Assembly (NCBI GenBank): GCA_013265495.1
Contig: MU057719.1
Span: forward strand, 930,001-994,000
Direction of reading: 5' to 3'
Origin: Vicugna vicugna
Lineage: Eukaryota
Length of the DNA stretch: 64,000 bases
Part shown: positions 9,801 through 64,000 of the stretch, one piece after another
Layout of the letters: the number at the start of each line of letters is the position of its first letter
Position numbering within the stretch: the first letter of the stretch is position 1
Translations under genes and position numbers: made by a program
The notes under the pieces: generated by a model
What the model was told of the DNA's origin: nothing
What the model saw: only the letters and a program-made list of their open reading frames with translations
Database searches by the model: none

Positions 9801-12800
9801 AGCTCCTGGGCGAGTGGGTGGCAGAAGTTGATGTCGAGGATTCTCTCAGTGCTCTGGGTCTTTAAACACATGATGGTTGATCACTCCTGCGCCCAGATGC
9901 TGACCTTAAGGTGTGCAGACACGGCGGGATGTGTGTTCTTCTTTAACCCGATACCAACACTGTGAGACAGAGTCCTTTATCATCCCCATTTTACAAAAGA
10001 GGAAATGGGCCCAGAAAGGTTAAGTAAATTATCCAGGGTTGCAGCCGGGTCGGCGGAACCAGGAGTCAGACGCCAAAATCCCTGCTGTCAATGCAGAGTT
10101 AAACTTACTGCCTTTCTTGACATCATTGGTCAGAACTCACTTATGGGTTACCGTGTGCTAGATGCTGTTCCACGTACATCACTCACAAATTCTCTGCGCC
10201 TCCTTGGAGTTAGCTGCTGTTTTTCAGATGAGGAGATTGAAGCAGGGAGTTTGAGGAACCGTGTGACCACACAGCTAGTGAGTGGGCTGGGGGACAGGTT
10301 CCCATGGTTGGGCCTCAGTTTGTGCTCTTTGCTACCACCGACCTTCAGAGTGTCTTCTGCAAGTTCCTGGAGTCCGTTACGGAGCCTCAGAGGAAGCGAG
10401 AGAGAACAGAGAAGAGCTTTTGAACTTCTTAACCAGGCCCAGCATCTTAGTTAGGGCAGGAATCCAAATATTTCTCCTGGATGAGTGAATTTCTCTAGGG
10501 CACCCCCAGGGTTCTCTGATTTCTTAAACTGTAAGTCAGCCACTTTCAAGAATATAAAGCAAAATTAAGTGGAGCAGAGGAATGTTTACTGTGACAAAAA
10601 CCTTGAGTTTTCTCTCGTTCATACAAGAAAGGCAATATTTATGTTCTTTAAATGTTATGGGAACAGGAAAGTGGAAACCCACCTCATCATCTCAGCTACG
10701 TGCGTGGCAGGGTCTTAACCATGTAGAGAGCATCCAGGTTGAGGACTCGCACACCAGAGGAGATGGGGCTGGAAGGCCTCAGCCCTCCGTGCGGAAGAGC
10801 AGGGGTGTGGCTGCCAGCCCTTCAGCCACCTGTCACTGGACACACCCCTCTCTTCCTGAGACCCTCATGGCAGTAGCAAACCATGAAATCTGATAAAGGA
10901 AGTGATTTCTGTGCCCCAGCCTTTTGGCCAAAGGTGGGAGGGAGTTAACTGTAAAATAACGATAAATGTGAGAACAGGTTGCTTTTACGCACATACCCAG
11001 ACGTGTTTTCAGTCTCTTGTGCGTGATTTCCAAATGAAAATGTGTCACGTATCTTATCTTGGGTTCCATTAGCTGCTGAAGCAAAAATCACAGACCCGGA
11101 AAGAGCCTCTTGCTCTCTGTCAGATGGATTCTAAAAAGCAGCCCCGAAGTGTCCAGCAGAACAGGAAATCAATCCCAGATAAAGCAAAGAGGGCTGAGAT
11201 GGGGGCAGAAGACACAGACCAGGAGGCCACAGGGGGCTCTGTTCCCCCAGGATCACCACCGAACAGGAAGATGCCTGCACTTCACACACAGCGCAGCGGG
11301 CAGGCACGGCACAGTGAGAAAGGAGCCAAGAAGAGGACCAATGGGAACATTTCTCCGAAGCGAGGAGACATCAAGCATAAGAAGCGGAAAGCTAAGGAGG
11401 CGACCGCCACCTCGGCCCCAGCCCCACCCACCGAGTAAGTGCCCACGGCCTCCGCCAGCCTGGGCTGCAGTCTGCCACAGTCGTCCTTGCCAAGAGGGAG
11501 GTTACGGCCAAAGCCAGGAAGACTCTGGTCTGAAACCTATTCCTGTGTCTTGCTCACTGGGTGGTTGGGGGCAAGCTCCTACATGCCCTGAGCCTCTGCA
11601 TTGTCCTGTGTGGTGGGTCTGTGAGGTGTAGCGGGCTGACCTGTGCCTGCCGGTTACTCAGCAAACACTGGGATGTCACTGACGTGGTGGGGGGGACCAG
11701 AGGTCAGTGGTTCCTCCGAATGGCTCAGCTGGAGGTGTAAGTTGGGCTGGCTGCCTGTTGCCTGGGTGTTGAGGTCACAGTGGGCACAGGTTTTAGGAGA
11801 CAGGGGTTTCAGTGCCTGCCCTGTGTCATGTGCCAGGCCCATTGTCTGGAAATAGAGTGGCCCTGATGGGTCGCTCCCTCCTGGGGGGCAGCCAAGCAGA
11901 GGAGATGGACGAGACACTGAGATTATTTCAGCAATTCGCTCAGTGTGGTCGGGATAAATCCAGCGAGGGAGAAGCTTGTGGGAGCAGAGGGCCAGGGGAG
12001 CGTGTCTGTTCAGGGAGCCATCCCTAAGGAGATGACGTGGAAGCTGAGTTCAAAAGACACACTCAGCGGGCAGAAGTGTGCGCTCCTGCCCGGGTGTCCG
12101 TGTCTGCAGGGCGTGGCACCAAGTGGGCGGGGGGTGGGGAGGAGTCTGTGTCATGTTGGACAGTCGTGTTTGAGTCTCTTGAATGTTTGATTACAATAGA
12201 ATTTGTGTTGTAATTAGAAAGGAAACATTAGAAGCTGTTACACCTGGGTGGGGGTCTCTATTTCTGTTTTGTGTTCTGTGTGTTACTCTGTAGCTCTGAA
12301 TTTTGGATACTGAGTGTTTTTTAGTTAAAAAGAAGCGTGAGGGGAGAAAGTGCCGAGATGGTCACAGCGGTGGGCCGGCACCTGGGGCCTGACTGCAGGA
12401 GCAGCGGCCGCCGCCGGCGCGTCCAGCCTGCTCGCTCTGCCTTTCAGGGAAGACATCTGGTTTGACGATGTGGATCCGGAGGATATTGAAGCGGCCATCG
12501 GCCCCGAGGCAGCCGACATAGCGAGGAAACAGCTGGGTCAGAGCGAGAGCAGCGCCACGCTGGTGAAGGAGCGGGCCTTCAGGGGGTACGCGGGGCGCAC
12601 TCGGCCTTGGAGGGCGGGGGTTTTCCGGGAAGGAGCCGTCCCTCCCCTCCGGTGGGTCGGGCGGGCACCTCTCAGTGTCCTGCTGGGACCCATGTCTGCA
12701 CAGGGCTTGTCACGGTGGGGGGCGGCGGTGCCTGTTCCCTGGTCCCCCTGCTGCATGCATTAAATCGGAGCCTTGGTTCCCTCAGCCTGACCAAAGCCTT

Positions 12801-15800
12801 AGCCCTGGACTGTGAGATGGTGGGTGTGGGCCCCCAGGGGGACGAGAGCATCGCCGCCCGCGTGTCCCTGGTGAACCAGTACGGGAAGTGTGTTTATGAC
12901 AAGTTCGTGAAGCCGACCCAGCTGGTGACTGACTACAGGACGGCGGTCAGCGGGATCCGGCCCGAGGACCTCGCGCAGGGTGGGTGGTGCTCAGAGGCGA
13001 GAGTGGCAGTGGCACGCTCGTGTTCCTCCACCTGTTCCCTTCTGCGGGTGCTTCCTAGCTAGCTAGCGGGGGTGCGGTGGGGGCCAAGCTCTCGGGTCTT
13101 CGTTGCTGCCTCCTGGCTGCCAGCCTCCAGACCAGGACGCTGTTCTAAGGCACTCTGTGACTTGGCGGCAGGACAGAGAGAGAGAGGGCAGGAGGCCGGT
13201 GGAGGGTGTGGCTGGGGAGGTGTGCAGACTGTGGGGTCTGGCAGACCGCGAGGACTCTGGGGGGCCCGTGGGCAGTGAGAGGCGAGGTCCGGCCCAGGTC
13301 CCTGCAGGTTCTTTGCAGGACTGGGGATGGGGCGGACGAGTGTGAGCTGGAGGTGACCGTTAAAGGTGACAAGTTGTGGCCCAGCTCTGGACACACCCCA
13401 GAGGCTGAGTCTGTTGGGTTTGCCAAGGGACTGGCTGTGCTGGCGGGAGCGAAGGCCCGAAGACTTGGGGGGAGGTCCTGGATGCAGGCGCTCGTGGCCA
13501 CTGCCCTGCTTTCTCAGGCCATGTGGTCTCTGCTCTCCGCACCTCTCAGCTTCTCCCACTCAACGGCCCCAGGGCCCATGCGCATCTCCAGCCAGTCTTT
13601 CTTGGCTTAGAGCGGACAGAATCACAGGGCACAAGCTCGGTTCCCACAGCCCCTCCCTTTGGGAGGAGGGGAAGGGGGGCCCCCAGAGGGTCTGCTCGGA
13701 GAAAGCAGGCAGGCCTCCTCTGGAGCCCGGGGTCTGGAGTGGGGCTTCTCACCATCTGTGGTGAGGGGACCCCCGCCCTTTGTTCTTATCTCCAGTTGCA
13801 AAGACATCAGACACAGGCCCTGGTTTCTATTAGATTCAGCAGTCAGGGTCACTCCGCCAGGTGGCAGTGGGTGTGCGCCCATCCCTTCTCCCTGGGGAAG
13901 AGGGGGGCAGTTGAGACAGCCCCTGGGCAACCGCCCAGAATCTCTTAACTGCCGGCCCTCTGAGTCCTGACCTAGGGTGGCGGCCTCTCCTTCTCAGAAA
14001 CAGTGATTTACGTGTTGATAAAAATTACTTCCTTGTTTTGATTCCAGGAGAAGAATTTGAAGTTGTCCAGAAGGAAGTGGCAGACTTGCTGAAGGGCCGG
14101 ATTCTGGTCGGACACGCGCTGCACAATGATCTGAAGGTACTGGCTCGGCCGCGCTGGCCTTCTGTGGAGCGCAGCGTCTAAGGCAGTCATGCTTGGTTCG
14201 TGCACTGAGTGACGTGCCCACGTGTCAGCTTGGTGGGCCAGCTCCCCGCCTACCACCCCGCACACCCGCTGGACGGGCTGCAGCTCCTCTCAGGGCAGAG
14301 CTTCCCTGGTGACCATTCCTTCGAAGCCACCAGGCAGCCCCCGCCTCACAGGCTGGCCCGCCATGGCCAGCTCAGAGGGCGGCAGGCAAGCTCAGAAGGC
14401 CCCCTTCCCGAGGCCCAGAGGGCGCGGCCTCAGCCTCTGCCCTGCAGGGTCCTGCTGTGGGCAAAGCTGACCCTCCGGTTCGGGCGGGAAGCTCAGGGCA
14501 GGCGGGGTGGGAGCCTGTCCTCCCTGGGCCTGGAGTTTTTCTGCGTCCTCTGGGACCCTGGAGTCCTCCCACATCTCAGGGACTGGGAAGTGTTGGTTTT
14601 ACGTGCCTTTTAAAAGTAAGTTTTTAACCGTTAAAAACTAACGCGTCCTCTGCTCACAGAAGCGCGCTTTATCGTGGTGATTCTCATCCCAGGGGCCCGG
14701 TGCCCTGCTCCCTCCTCGCGCCCTCTCCGACCCTGGTAACTTGGGTGGACTCAGACCTCCCCCGAGGCCTGTCGTTTGCTGAGCTGTTAAAACCGGCTCT
14801 GTTCCCGCCTCGCTGTGTGCGTGACACCAACTGAAAACAGGCAACAAGTTGGCTGCTGGTTCCTCAGCTCCAGCTTTCCGGCCTCAAGGCCATTTCAGCC
14901 CCGTGGTTTGTGGTTCGAGGGCCGCCTCCCCGGGGTGGTTTTCTCCCAGACGTTCAGGCTGTCGTCAGCACCTCATTTCATCTGTGCGGGAACGTGTGTC
15001 TTTGCTGGAACTGGGGGGTTCCCTCACAGCAGGTGAACAGTGAGGCCCCCGTCGTGTTTTCTCCCTCCAGGCGCTGTTCCTGGGTCACCCAAAGAAGAAG
15101 ATCCGGGACACTCAGAAGTACAAGCCTTTCAGGAGCCGAGTGAAGGTGCTCGGAGCCAGCGTGGCCCTGCGCGGGGGGGTGGTGTCGCGGTGCGCACGGT
15201 CCTCTGTTCTGGTCCCTGGAGGCTGGCTGGCTTGTTAAGGGGGTTTTGGCTTGGTTTGGTTTTTCCTTTTAACCTTTAAAACTGAAAGGCATCTTAAAAA
15301 GGAGAGTTCTGCTACATGCCAACCTCAAAGTTCATGTCCCTGAGGGCCGGTGAGTCCACTCTGACCTGTGACAAGAGCCCCGACTGCGGGGAAGAAGCCG
15401 CCATGTGGCCTGTTCCAGCGGCAGAGCTGCCCCTGGAAGGCTGAGATGCAGGGTCCTTCCTGGTCCCCTCCACTGGCTGACCTGGGTGTCACCAGCCCCC
15501 AGGGCCACTGGCACTTTCATTGGAAGGCACACTGAAGGTCGCTGGGGTTGGGGGTCAGCAGGCGAACCCCTGCCCGGTGCAGCCCCCCACCCGCCCCAGG
15601 GCCACCGTGTGCTGCCCTCTCCCCTGACAGAGTGGACGGCCGTCTCTGAAGCTGCTTGCAGAGAAGATCCTGGGGATCCGGGTGCAGCAGGCTGAGCACT
15701 GTTCGGTGAGTGTGTCCCGCCTGACAGTCCCCGGAAGTGGGGGCCTTGCCCGGCCTCGGAGGCAGGTGCCTGTCACCTGACACACACACCTCGGGGCTCA

Positions 15801-16403
15801 GGCGCCTTTTAGGAGGCTGCTGGCTGTGAGAAATGGCATGGCGCCACGGGCCTGCACGGTGCTGATTAAGTTCTAAATGGTTACGTTTAACTGATTCACA
15901 CTCACCATGAAAAAACAGCTGGTGTACTGTCATCGAAGAAGAAGTCCCGGGTCTGGGCTGGAGGCCCTCTAGGACTGCGGGATAGGCTGGCGGCCCGTGG
16001 AACCCCACCGCCCGCGGCTCCAGCCCCCTAGGCTCTGTGCGCCCAGCGCCAGGCTCTGAGCCCGCCACGCCTCCCCTCTGGTCCTCATTCCATGGGGTCC
16101 GGTGCGCCTCTCTGGGCAGCACGTTTGTCCCTTCCTTTCTTTGGGTTCCTTCCTTCCATGAGTGGGGGCACTGGGGGTGCAGAAGTACAGTGAGACCACA
16201 TCACTTTTCTCCTTCATCCGCCCTGTGTGGCTGTGCCTGTCCCCGGTGGAACAGTCACGATGACCCTCCGTGTCCCCCAGGTTCAGGACGCACAGGCAGC
16301 GATGAGGCTGTATGTCTCGGTGAGGAAGGAGTGGGAGAGCGTAGCCCGGGACAGCCGGTCCCCGGCCTCCAGCCCAGCCCTGGACAGCCTGCAGCAGCTG
16401 TGA
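9409..16403 (+). CDS. REXO4: REXO4, RNA exonuclease 4 (DEDDh 3'-5' exonuclease), 8 exons, 426 aa
   Basis: Exons 9409-9633, 11073-11434, 12448-12585, 12786-12979, 14048-14136, 15071-15145, 15631-15705, 16281-16403 total 1281 nt. Basic N-terminus (RKKRKKKRFWK...APEDFSQNWKALQE) and exonuclease motifs ALDCEMVG, GHALHNDLK, EHCSVQDA. Confidence 0.97.
9970..10290 (+). mobile_element. Two MIR fragments in REXO4 intron 1
   Basis: atccccattttacaaaagaggaaatgggcccagaaaggttaagtaaattatccaggg, and ttttcagatgaggagattgaagcagggag...cacacagctagtgagtgg. Confidence 0.6.
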
Positions 16404-17064
16404 CCGAGTCCCCCCAAGAGGTTTCAGAATCATGGCGGAGGGGCACACACGCGCATGTGCTGCTGAGCAGGACTTCTCTGGTTTTGTGACCTAAGACTCG
16501 TCACCATACACAGGGCGGGAGTAGGGGCTGTGCCACGCCGACCATCCCCTGGGACGCACCAGGTCCCGGGGCTGAAAGCACCCAGTTGTCCGCCGGGTCT
16601 TCCGTGTGGTCCCCCGAGACCCCCTTGGGCGATGGGAAGAACTCTGCGGACTCCGGCCTGGACCCAGGGGCTGTGGGCAGCCAGCTGCAGCCTCATGGAG
16701 GAATTTCTGTGGTCACCCGTGGACTGAGGGAGACTCTATGAAGGTGAGGGGGTCCTTTCTCACCCACTCCCTACACCCTAGCCAGGCTTGAACTCCGGGT
16801 CCGAGCCCACAGCTGGTGAGGTGAGCTCAGGGTGTCCCGCGCGGGGACAGCAGTGACACCCAGAGGCAGGCACCTCCCTCGTCTGAGACAGAGCTGTTGA
16901 CCATGGACGGCCTGCGGCTGTTCCCCAGCCCTGGGGTGAGAGTCTCCGAGAACCAAGGTCAGGGCACTGCGTGGAGGGCGTGACACCCCAGGCCACACTG
17001 AGCCACCTGCCGGCTGTACAAAAACTCCAGACCCCTAAGGACATTGTGTGACATAAACGCAGGT

Positions 17065-17070
17065 TTTATT
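17065..17070 (-). terminator. STKLD1 poly(A) signal AATAAA
   Basis: tttatt on +, about 230 nt past the stop codon. Confidence 0.7.
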
Positions 17071-17299
17071 GGAGCTGGAGCTGGTGGAGGCTCTGTGTCT
17101 GGCTACTGCCACCTGTCCCAGCTGGGCGGCCCCACCCTGGGAATGGCCCAGGCCCCTTGTCACAAAGGGTGAAGTGCATGTGCTGGTCCTGGGTGGCGGT
17201 TCTTCCTCCCCCCCACCCCGCGTAACCCCGGAGGGGATGCCCAGTCCGGCAGCTCCCAGAGGAACAGGCCAGGGAAGGGGAGGGGGGCCCGGGAGGCAC

Positions 17300-37401
<20,102 letters not shown>

Positions 37402-37920
37402 AGTGCGTCTTGAGGGGAGACTCCGGCCTCCCTCTCCCTCCGCGGGGCGCGGGGGGCACCGCTAGCCCGCGCCGCAGTCGGACCCGCGACTGAGCATGCT
37501 CAGTCGGGACCGCGCCCGGTGAGCGCCCATCCCCCACCCGGGGCGCCCCTCAGCCCCGGGCGCTTGCCTCGCCTGGGGACCCACCCTGCCCGAACGGTGT
37601 CCGCTGGGGCGCCCTCGCGTCCCAGCCGCAGGCAGGCCCCAGGGCCGGGCACCTCACAGGGACCGCCGGGCCGGAGCGCGGCGGGCGGAGCCTCGGGCGT
37701 GGGGGCGGGGCCTGAGCGCGGCGGGCGGCGCGCGGCCCCTTTAAGGCGCGGCCGGGGCGGGCCCCGCGGCGCGGCCCCTTTAAGGCTTGGCCTACGTGGC
37801 AGCCGCTGGAGCCGCGGACGCCGAGCGAGGCCGGCCGCCGGGCACTTCCTGTGGAGGCCGCAGCGGGCGCGGGCGCCGAGGGAGCGAGCGAGCGAGCGAG
37901 CCGAGCCTCCCGCCGCCGCC

Positions 37921-48330
<10,410 letters not shown>

Positions 48331-50331
48331 CAGCCCCCGCCTGCGAGGACCGTGGCTGCCGAGGATGGTTCGGGTGGATTCGACCTAACCGCCAGCATTT
48401 ATGTATCCTCTCCCCTTCCCTCCCTTGGTAAAGGCACAGATGTTTTGAGAACTTTATTCACAGACACCTGATAACTGATGGCCAGCCCGGCTCTGGCCCC
48501 ACAGCCGGTCCCTGACCACTCGGAGCCCCAGCCTGCGGGCAGCGCCCCTTCCCCCGGCGGGGCCGTGGCTTCTCGGGGCGAGCAGCTTGGTTGGCTGTGG
48601 CCCCTCAGTCCTGTTTTTGTTTCTTTTTGGGGGCGGGGGACCTTCAAGCTGTACTGTGAGCAGATACATCTGTGTATCATTCAAAGCAGTCTCCCTCTTT
48701 ATTTTTTCTTTCAAAGTTTACGTTTTTAGCTAAAACTACTAAATGATTTGGGACAGCCCAGCCCAACATCAGCACCGGGTTAAAACTGCACCCGCGGCCT
48801 CCGCGTTGTAGCCGCCCTGCGCTGCGGTACGTGATAGGGACAGCGAAAACCGTTCAGGAAAGCCCCAAACCCAAAGGATAAGGCAGTATTAAGGGGCGGC
48901 TGCGGCCGCCGTTGCTGGTGAAAGGCGCTAGTCAGAACATCGGCTCGGACTGCAGCAGCTCCGGGGTGATACCCGGGGGCGGCTCACGGTGGGGACGGTG
49001 GTCCTCGGGGAAGCCACCTGGAGCCCGCAGGGCCCCACTGCCCAGCTAGGGGGCCAGGGCCGGCCAGAGCGGGCTCTCAGACCAGTTACCTCACGCTGAC
49101 CTGTCCCAGAGTCGCGGCTGCAGCTGGGGCCGCGCGCCGCCCGGCCTGCCCGGGGCCAAGGGGCTGAGGGGCCCCTCCGGCCACGCAGCCACCACCTCCT
49201 GCTCTCACGAGGCCGCTGCTTGCTCGGATTGCCTACTCGCTCTGCTGAACGCAGCCCAAATTACTTTTTACGATTTGTGATGCCTTACCGATTGGATCTT
49301 GATCCTGTATTTAAAGTTTCTAACATTGCCTTATACTGTGTTTCTCTTCTTGTGGGGGCGTGAGCACCTGTCGCTGTTGTCCGCTTGTCCCCCATGAGCT
49401 GAGTCGGAACATCCCTGCGCCTCCGGCGGCCCTTCCCTGGGGCCTTCCGGGGATCAGACTGACGAGGTGAGGCTGGCTCTCCTTGGAGGCCCCTCAGAAG
49501 CCTGGCCCTGGGGCCAGTCTCTTCTCTGGTCTCGTCAGCTGGGGGTGCAAGCCTGAGGGCCACCCCCCAGGGCTGCTGGAGCCAGTCCTGAGCCAGGCTC
49601 CACGCTTACCTCCCAGACCAGAGCCAGGGTGAGGTGCGGAGCACACCCCCACCCCAGGACCCCGGTCAGCTTTGCGGCGCGGTGTGGGGCCAGTCCTGGC
49701 CATCAGTGCTCTTAGGAGCTCCCCTGGTCCCTCTGCAGCCTGGACCCGCTAACCCAAGGGGAGTGACGGCCACCTTTTCAGCCCCCCACCCCCATGTCCC
49801 AGCCACAGCAGAGGTCATCCCAAGATGCTCCTAACCCCCCCATGGCCCACTTCCCTACCCCGGAGTATTTATAAGGACAGGGGCTTTTCCCCTCACTCAC
49901 TGGGACGCTCCCGCATGAAGGGCGGTTTCTGACTCGGTTTCCACCTGGGCTGGGAGGTCCCTGGGTCCACACCTGCTTCCCCGTCACCACACACGACCGT
50001 CCCAGTGAGTAGCACACTCTGCCAGGTCACAGGCGCTCCATGCATGGCATGGTCCTTGGCAGGGGATGGGTCCTCAGCCCTGTGCTTAGAAGACCTGTTT
50101 GGTTTGTATAACTGAGATTGACCCCTGGTGGCCAAGCGACAGTGGCCTAGTGCTCCGGATCGGGGTAGATGTCACACAAGGAGGAGAAAACGATCGACCA
50201 GTTGGTTTTGGAAAAACAACTTCTGAACAAGTTTTCTGCTTTATGTGGGGAATAGGTATAAACCTTATTTTATGCTGTATTTTATATCTTAGTTGTGTTT
50301 GAAAACATTTTGATTCTTGGAGACACATCAA

Positions 50332-50337
50332 AATAAA
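50332..50337 (+). terminator. SURF4 poly(A) signal AATAAA (3' UTR about 2 kb)
   Basis: aaataaataa preceded by a U-rich stretch and followed by GU-rich tttgttgt. Confidence 0.7.
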
Positions 50338-50672
50338 TAATGGCATTTGTTGTATGCAGTGTGACCTCTGGTGTTGTCCAGCCAGTTGGAGCTTGGCCAG
50401 GGCTCTCCTCGGGGCCGCAGTGAGCCAGGTGTCCCCTCTAGGCTTCACCGAAGACCACGTGCAGACAGAACTCTTCCCTCGGGGTCCCTGCCACTTCCTG
50501 GGGGTGGGGGTGAGACCCTGACATCCGTGGGACAGACCCCCAGCCCTGCTTTCGGGGGCAGATCTGGGGACAGCCCCGCACTTCCGAGGACGCGTGGCAG
50601 GCGGCTTGAGGAAGACGGGAGACGCCTGGAGGACTCTCCAAAGGCTCGTGGATATGTTTTCTCCAGCAGCCA

Positions 50673-50676
50673 TTTA

Positions 50677-50678
<2 letters not shown>
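50673..50678 (-). terminator. SURF2 poly(A) signal overlapping the stop codon
   Basis: The minus strand reads GGT-TAATAAA. Confidence 0.75.
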
Positions 50679-59160
<8,482 letters not shown>

Positions 59161-59249
59161 TGTGATCAGCTGATGGAGTCCTGTTCCTGAACAATTAGGA
59201 AGCTATCCCAAGAGATCTGGTTTTATGTTGATCATGTACCACTGGTATC

Positions 59250-59255
59250 AATAAA
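59250..59255 (+). terminator. SURF1 poly(A) signal AATAAA
   Basis: 90 nt after the TGA stop. Confidence 0.75.
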
Positions 59256-59524
59256 TAAGTACCTCTGCTACGTGTAATACCTTCCCTTCTACCCAGATGA
59301 GCCAGTTACTGGGCAAGCGTAAGATCCCGGCCTGGTTCAGAATATTCATATTCAAGTACTAGTTCACCTTTGGAATAACTGCAAAGCAATTTACAGTTAA
59401 GTCTGACACAAGTGCTGCCCGCTATGAGGGCTAAGGGCCCTAGATTTGAAAATACACTTGCCACCATCCCAAACATTATTTATTGATAATAAGACTCAAA
59501 ATGCCTGACACTGGCTGAAGAATT

Positions 59525-59530
59525 TTTATT
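59525..59530 (-). terminator. RPL7A poly(A) signal AATAAA (second copy at 59479-59484)
   Basis: About 35 nt after the TAG stop. Confidence 0.75.
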
Positions 59531-59563
59531 ACTTTTATGTACAGAAAACTTGGTGGGGTACAC

Positions 59564-62858
<3,295 letters not shown>

Positions 62859-62870
62859 CTTGAACGGCGG

Positions 62871-62891
62871 GCGGAGAGAGAAAGAAAAGGG
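62871..62891 (-). promoter_or_regulatory. RPL7A 5' terminal oligopyrimidine (TOP/TCT) start region
   Basis: The minus strand reads cccttttctttctctctccgc just upstream of the ATG, typical of ribosomal protein genes. Confidence 0.8.
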
Positions 62892-63766
62892 AATTGTGGG
62901 TAATATGTATGCGATCTCCGAGATCGCGAGAACTGGCGCCTGCGCGGGATTTCGGATTTAAAGCCGCAGGACTCCTTTCTCCTGCTCCGCGGTCGGGGGC
63001 GGTGCCTAGAGCGAGGCGAAGGGGTCGGAGCTGCCGGCAGTCTGCGCGGAGAGGGACCCGGGAGCCAGGACTTTCCGGGAGGGGCGCGCGCTCGTCCCCA
63101 CCCCGGCCAGGTGTCCGCCGGGCCCCGGCTCTGCGCACCAGGTGTGGGCGTTGGGGCTGCGCGGCGGGGTTGGCGTCCTTCCCGTGTGATTTACCTCAAA
63201 GTGGCTTTAAAACCTCGAGCTCGGGCTCTGGTTCGTGCTCCAGGGCCCGGGCTGGGGATCACCCTGCCCAGAGCGCGCAGCCCGGAGGCGCCTGGCGCGA
63301 GGTGGGAGGGTGGTCCCAGCAGAAACCCCGGAGCGGAGGAGCCCAGAGGCCTCGTGGGGCGGCCCTCGGGGGTCCCGGCTTGGAGACCCCGGAGGCGGAG
63401 GGGGAGTGAAGGCAAAGTGCGTTCGGAAGGGGTAGGGTAGGTGAGGGGAGGATGGGGGTGGTGGAGGGGAGGCGGCTGGCAGGGGCAGGTGGAGCGCCTA
63501 AGGCCTCTCGCGGACGTGCGTGGGCCCGGCCTCTGAGAATACTGCGCCAGAGCGGGGCAAGGTGTTGTCTGCGGTCCCAGGGAGACAGCCGGGGGAGACC
63601 CAGCAGGGCACCAGTGTGCGAAGAGCTGGACGAATGAGTCTGGCAGAAGGGGGATCTCTGGAGATCTGTACGTCCTGCTGGGGCGGGGGCATGGAGGGTG
63701 GGTGGCTGGGATGCTCACATCAGACTCTGGGTCCCAGGTGCCCGCTGCCCTGCCCGAGGCCCGGCC

Positions 63767-63889
63767 ATGGCCCAGCAGAGAGCCCTGCCGCAGAGCAAGG
63801 AGACGCTGCTGCAGTCTTACAACAAGCGGCTCAAGGACGACGTCAAGTCCATCATGGACAACTTCACCGAAATCATCAAGACCGCCAAG
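63767..63889 (+). CDS. MED22: MED22 (SURF5), Mediator subunit 22, first coding exon; gene continues beyond the right edge
   Basis: [41 protein letters not shown] followed by donor AAG|gtgggc. Acceptor at 63736-63737; Kozak gccATGG. Confidence 0.96.
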
Positions 63890-64000
63890 GTGGGCGAGGC
63901 CGCCAGTCTCCTGCCCCTTCTGAGACCAAGGGAAGTGGCAGGGTCTGGAGGTTGTGGACAGTGGTAAGCGGAGCCGGGGTGTCTGCTTTCAGCAGCAGCA

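Noticed and set aside
62891-62935. Partial ZNF143-like (ccacaattccc) and BANP-like (TCGCGAGA) motifs in the RPL7A/MED22 promoter
   Set aside because: Imperfect matches in CpG-rich sequence; not supportable without ChIP or conservation data.

Overview
Mammalian genomic DNA, probably a camelid (seven copies of a tRNA-Ala-derived SINE resembling camelid vic-1). It covers the Surfeit gene cluster and its neighbours. Left to right: ADAMTS13 (-, 5' part, running off the left edge), REXO4 (+), STKLD1 (-), SURF4 (+), SURF2 (-), SURF1 (+), RPL7A (-) and the first coding exon of MED22 (+). All coding exons were placed by hand using GT-AG boundaries, exon phase and recalled human orthologue sequences. 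The five complete genes other than STKLD1 give lengths close to the recalled human ones; STKLD1 gives 649 aa against about 680. RPL7A introns carry five box C/D snoRNAs: two SNORD24 copies and three SNORD36. The main finding is two intact extra exons in what is ADAMTS13 intron 2 in human (4903-5195 and 3988-4135). They add 147 in-frame residues resembling a canonical ADAMTS (Pep_M12B) prodomain, which short-propeptide human ADAMTS13 lacks, and they sit upstream of a non-canonical furin site. Second is a SNORD24 duplication in which the two copies have degenerated in complementary elements. Most ORFs in the supplied six-frame track are chance products of high GC content. Orthologue and rRNA comparisons are from memory; no searches were run.
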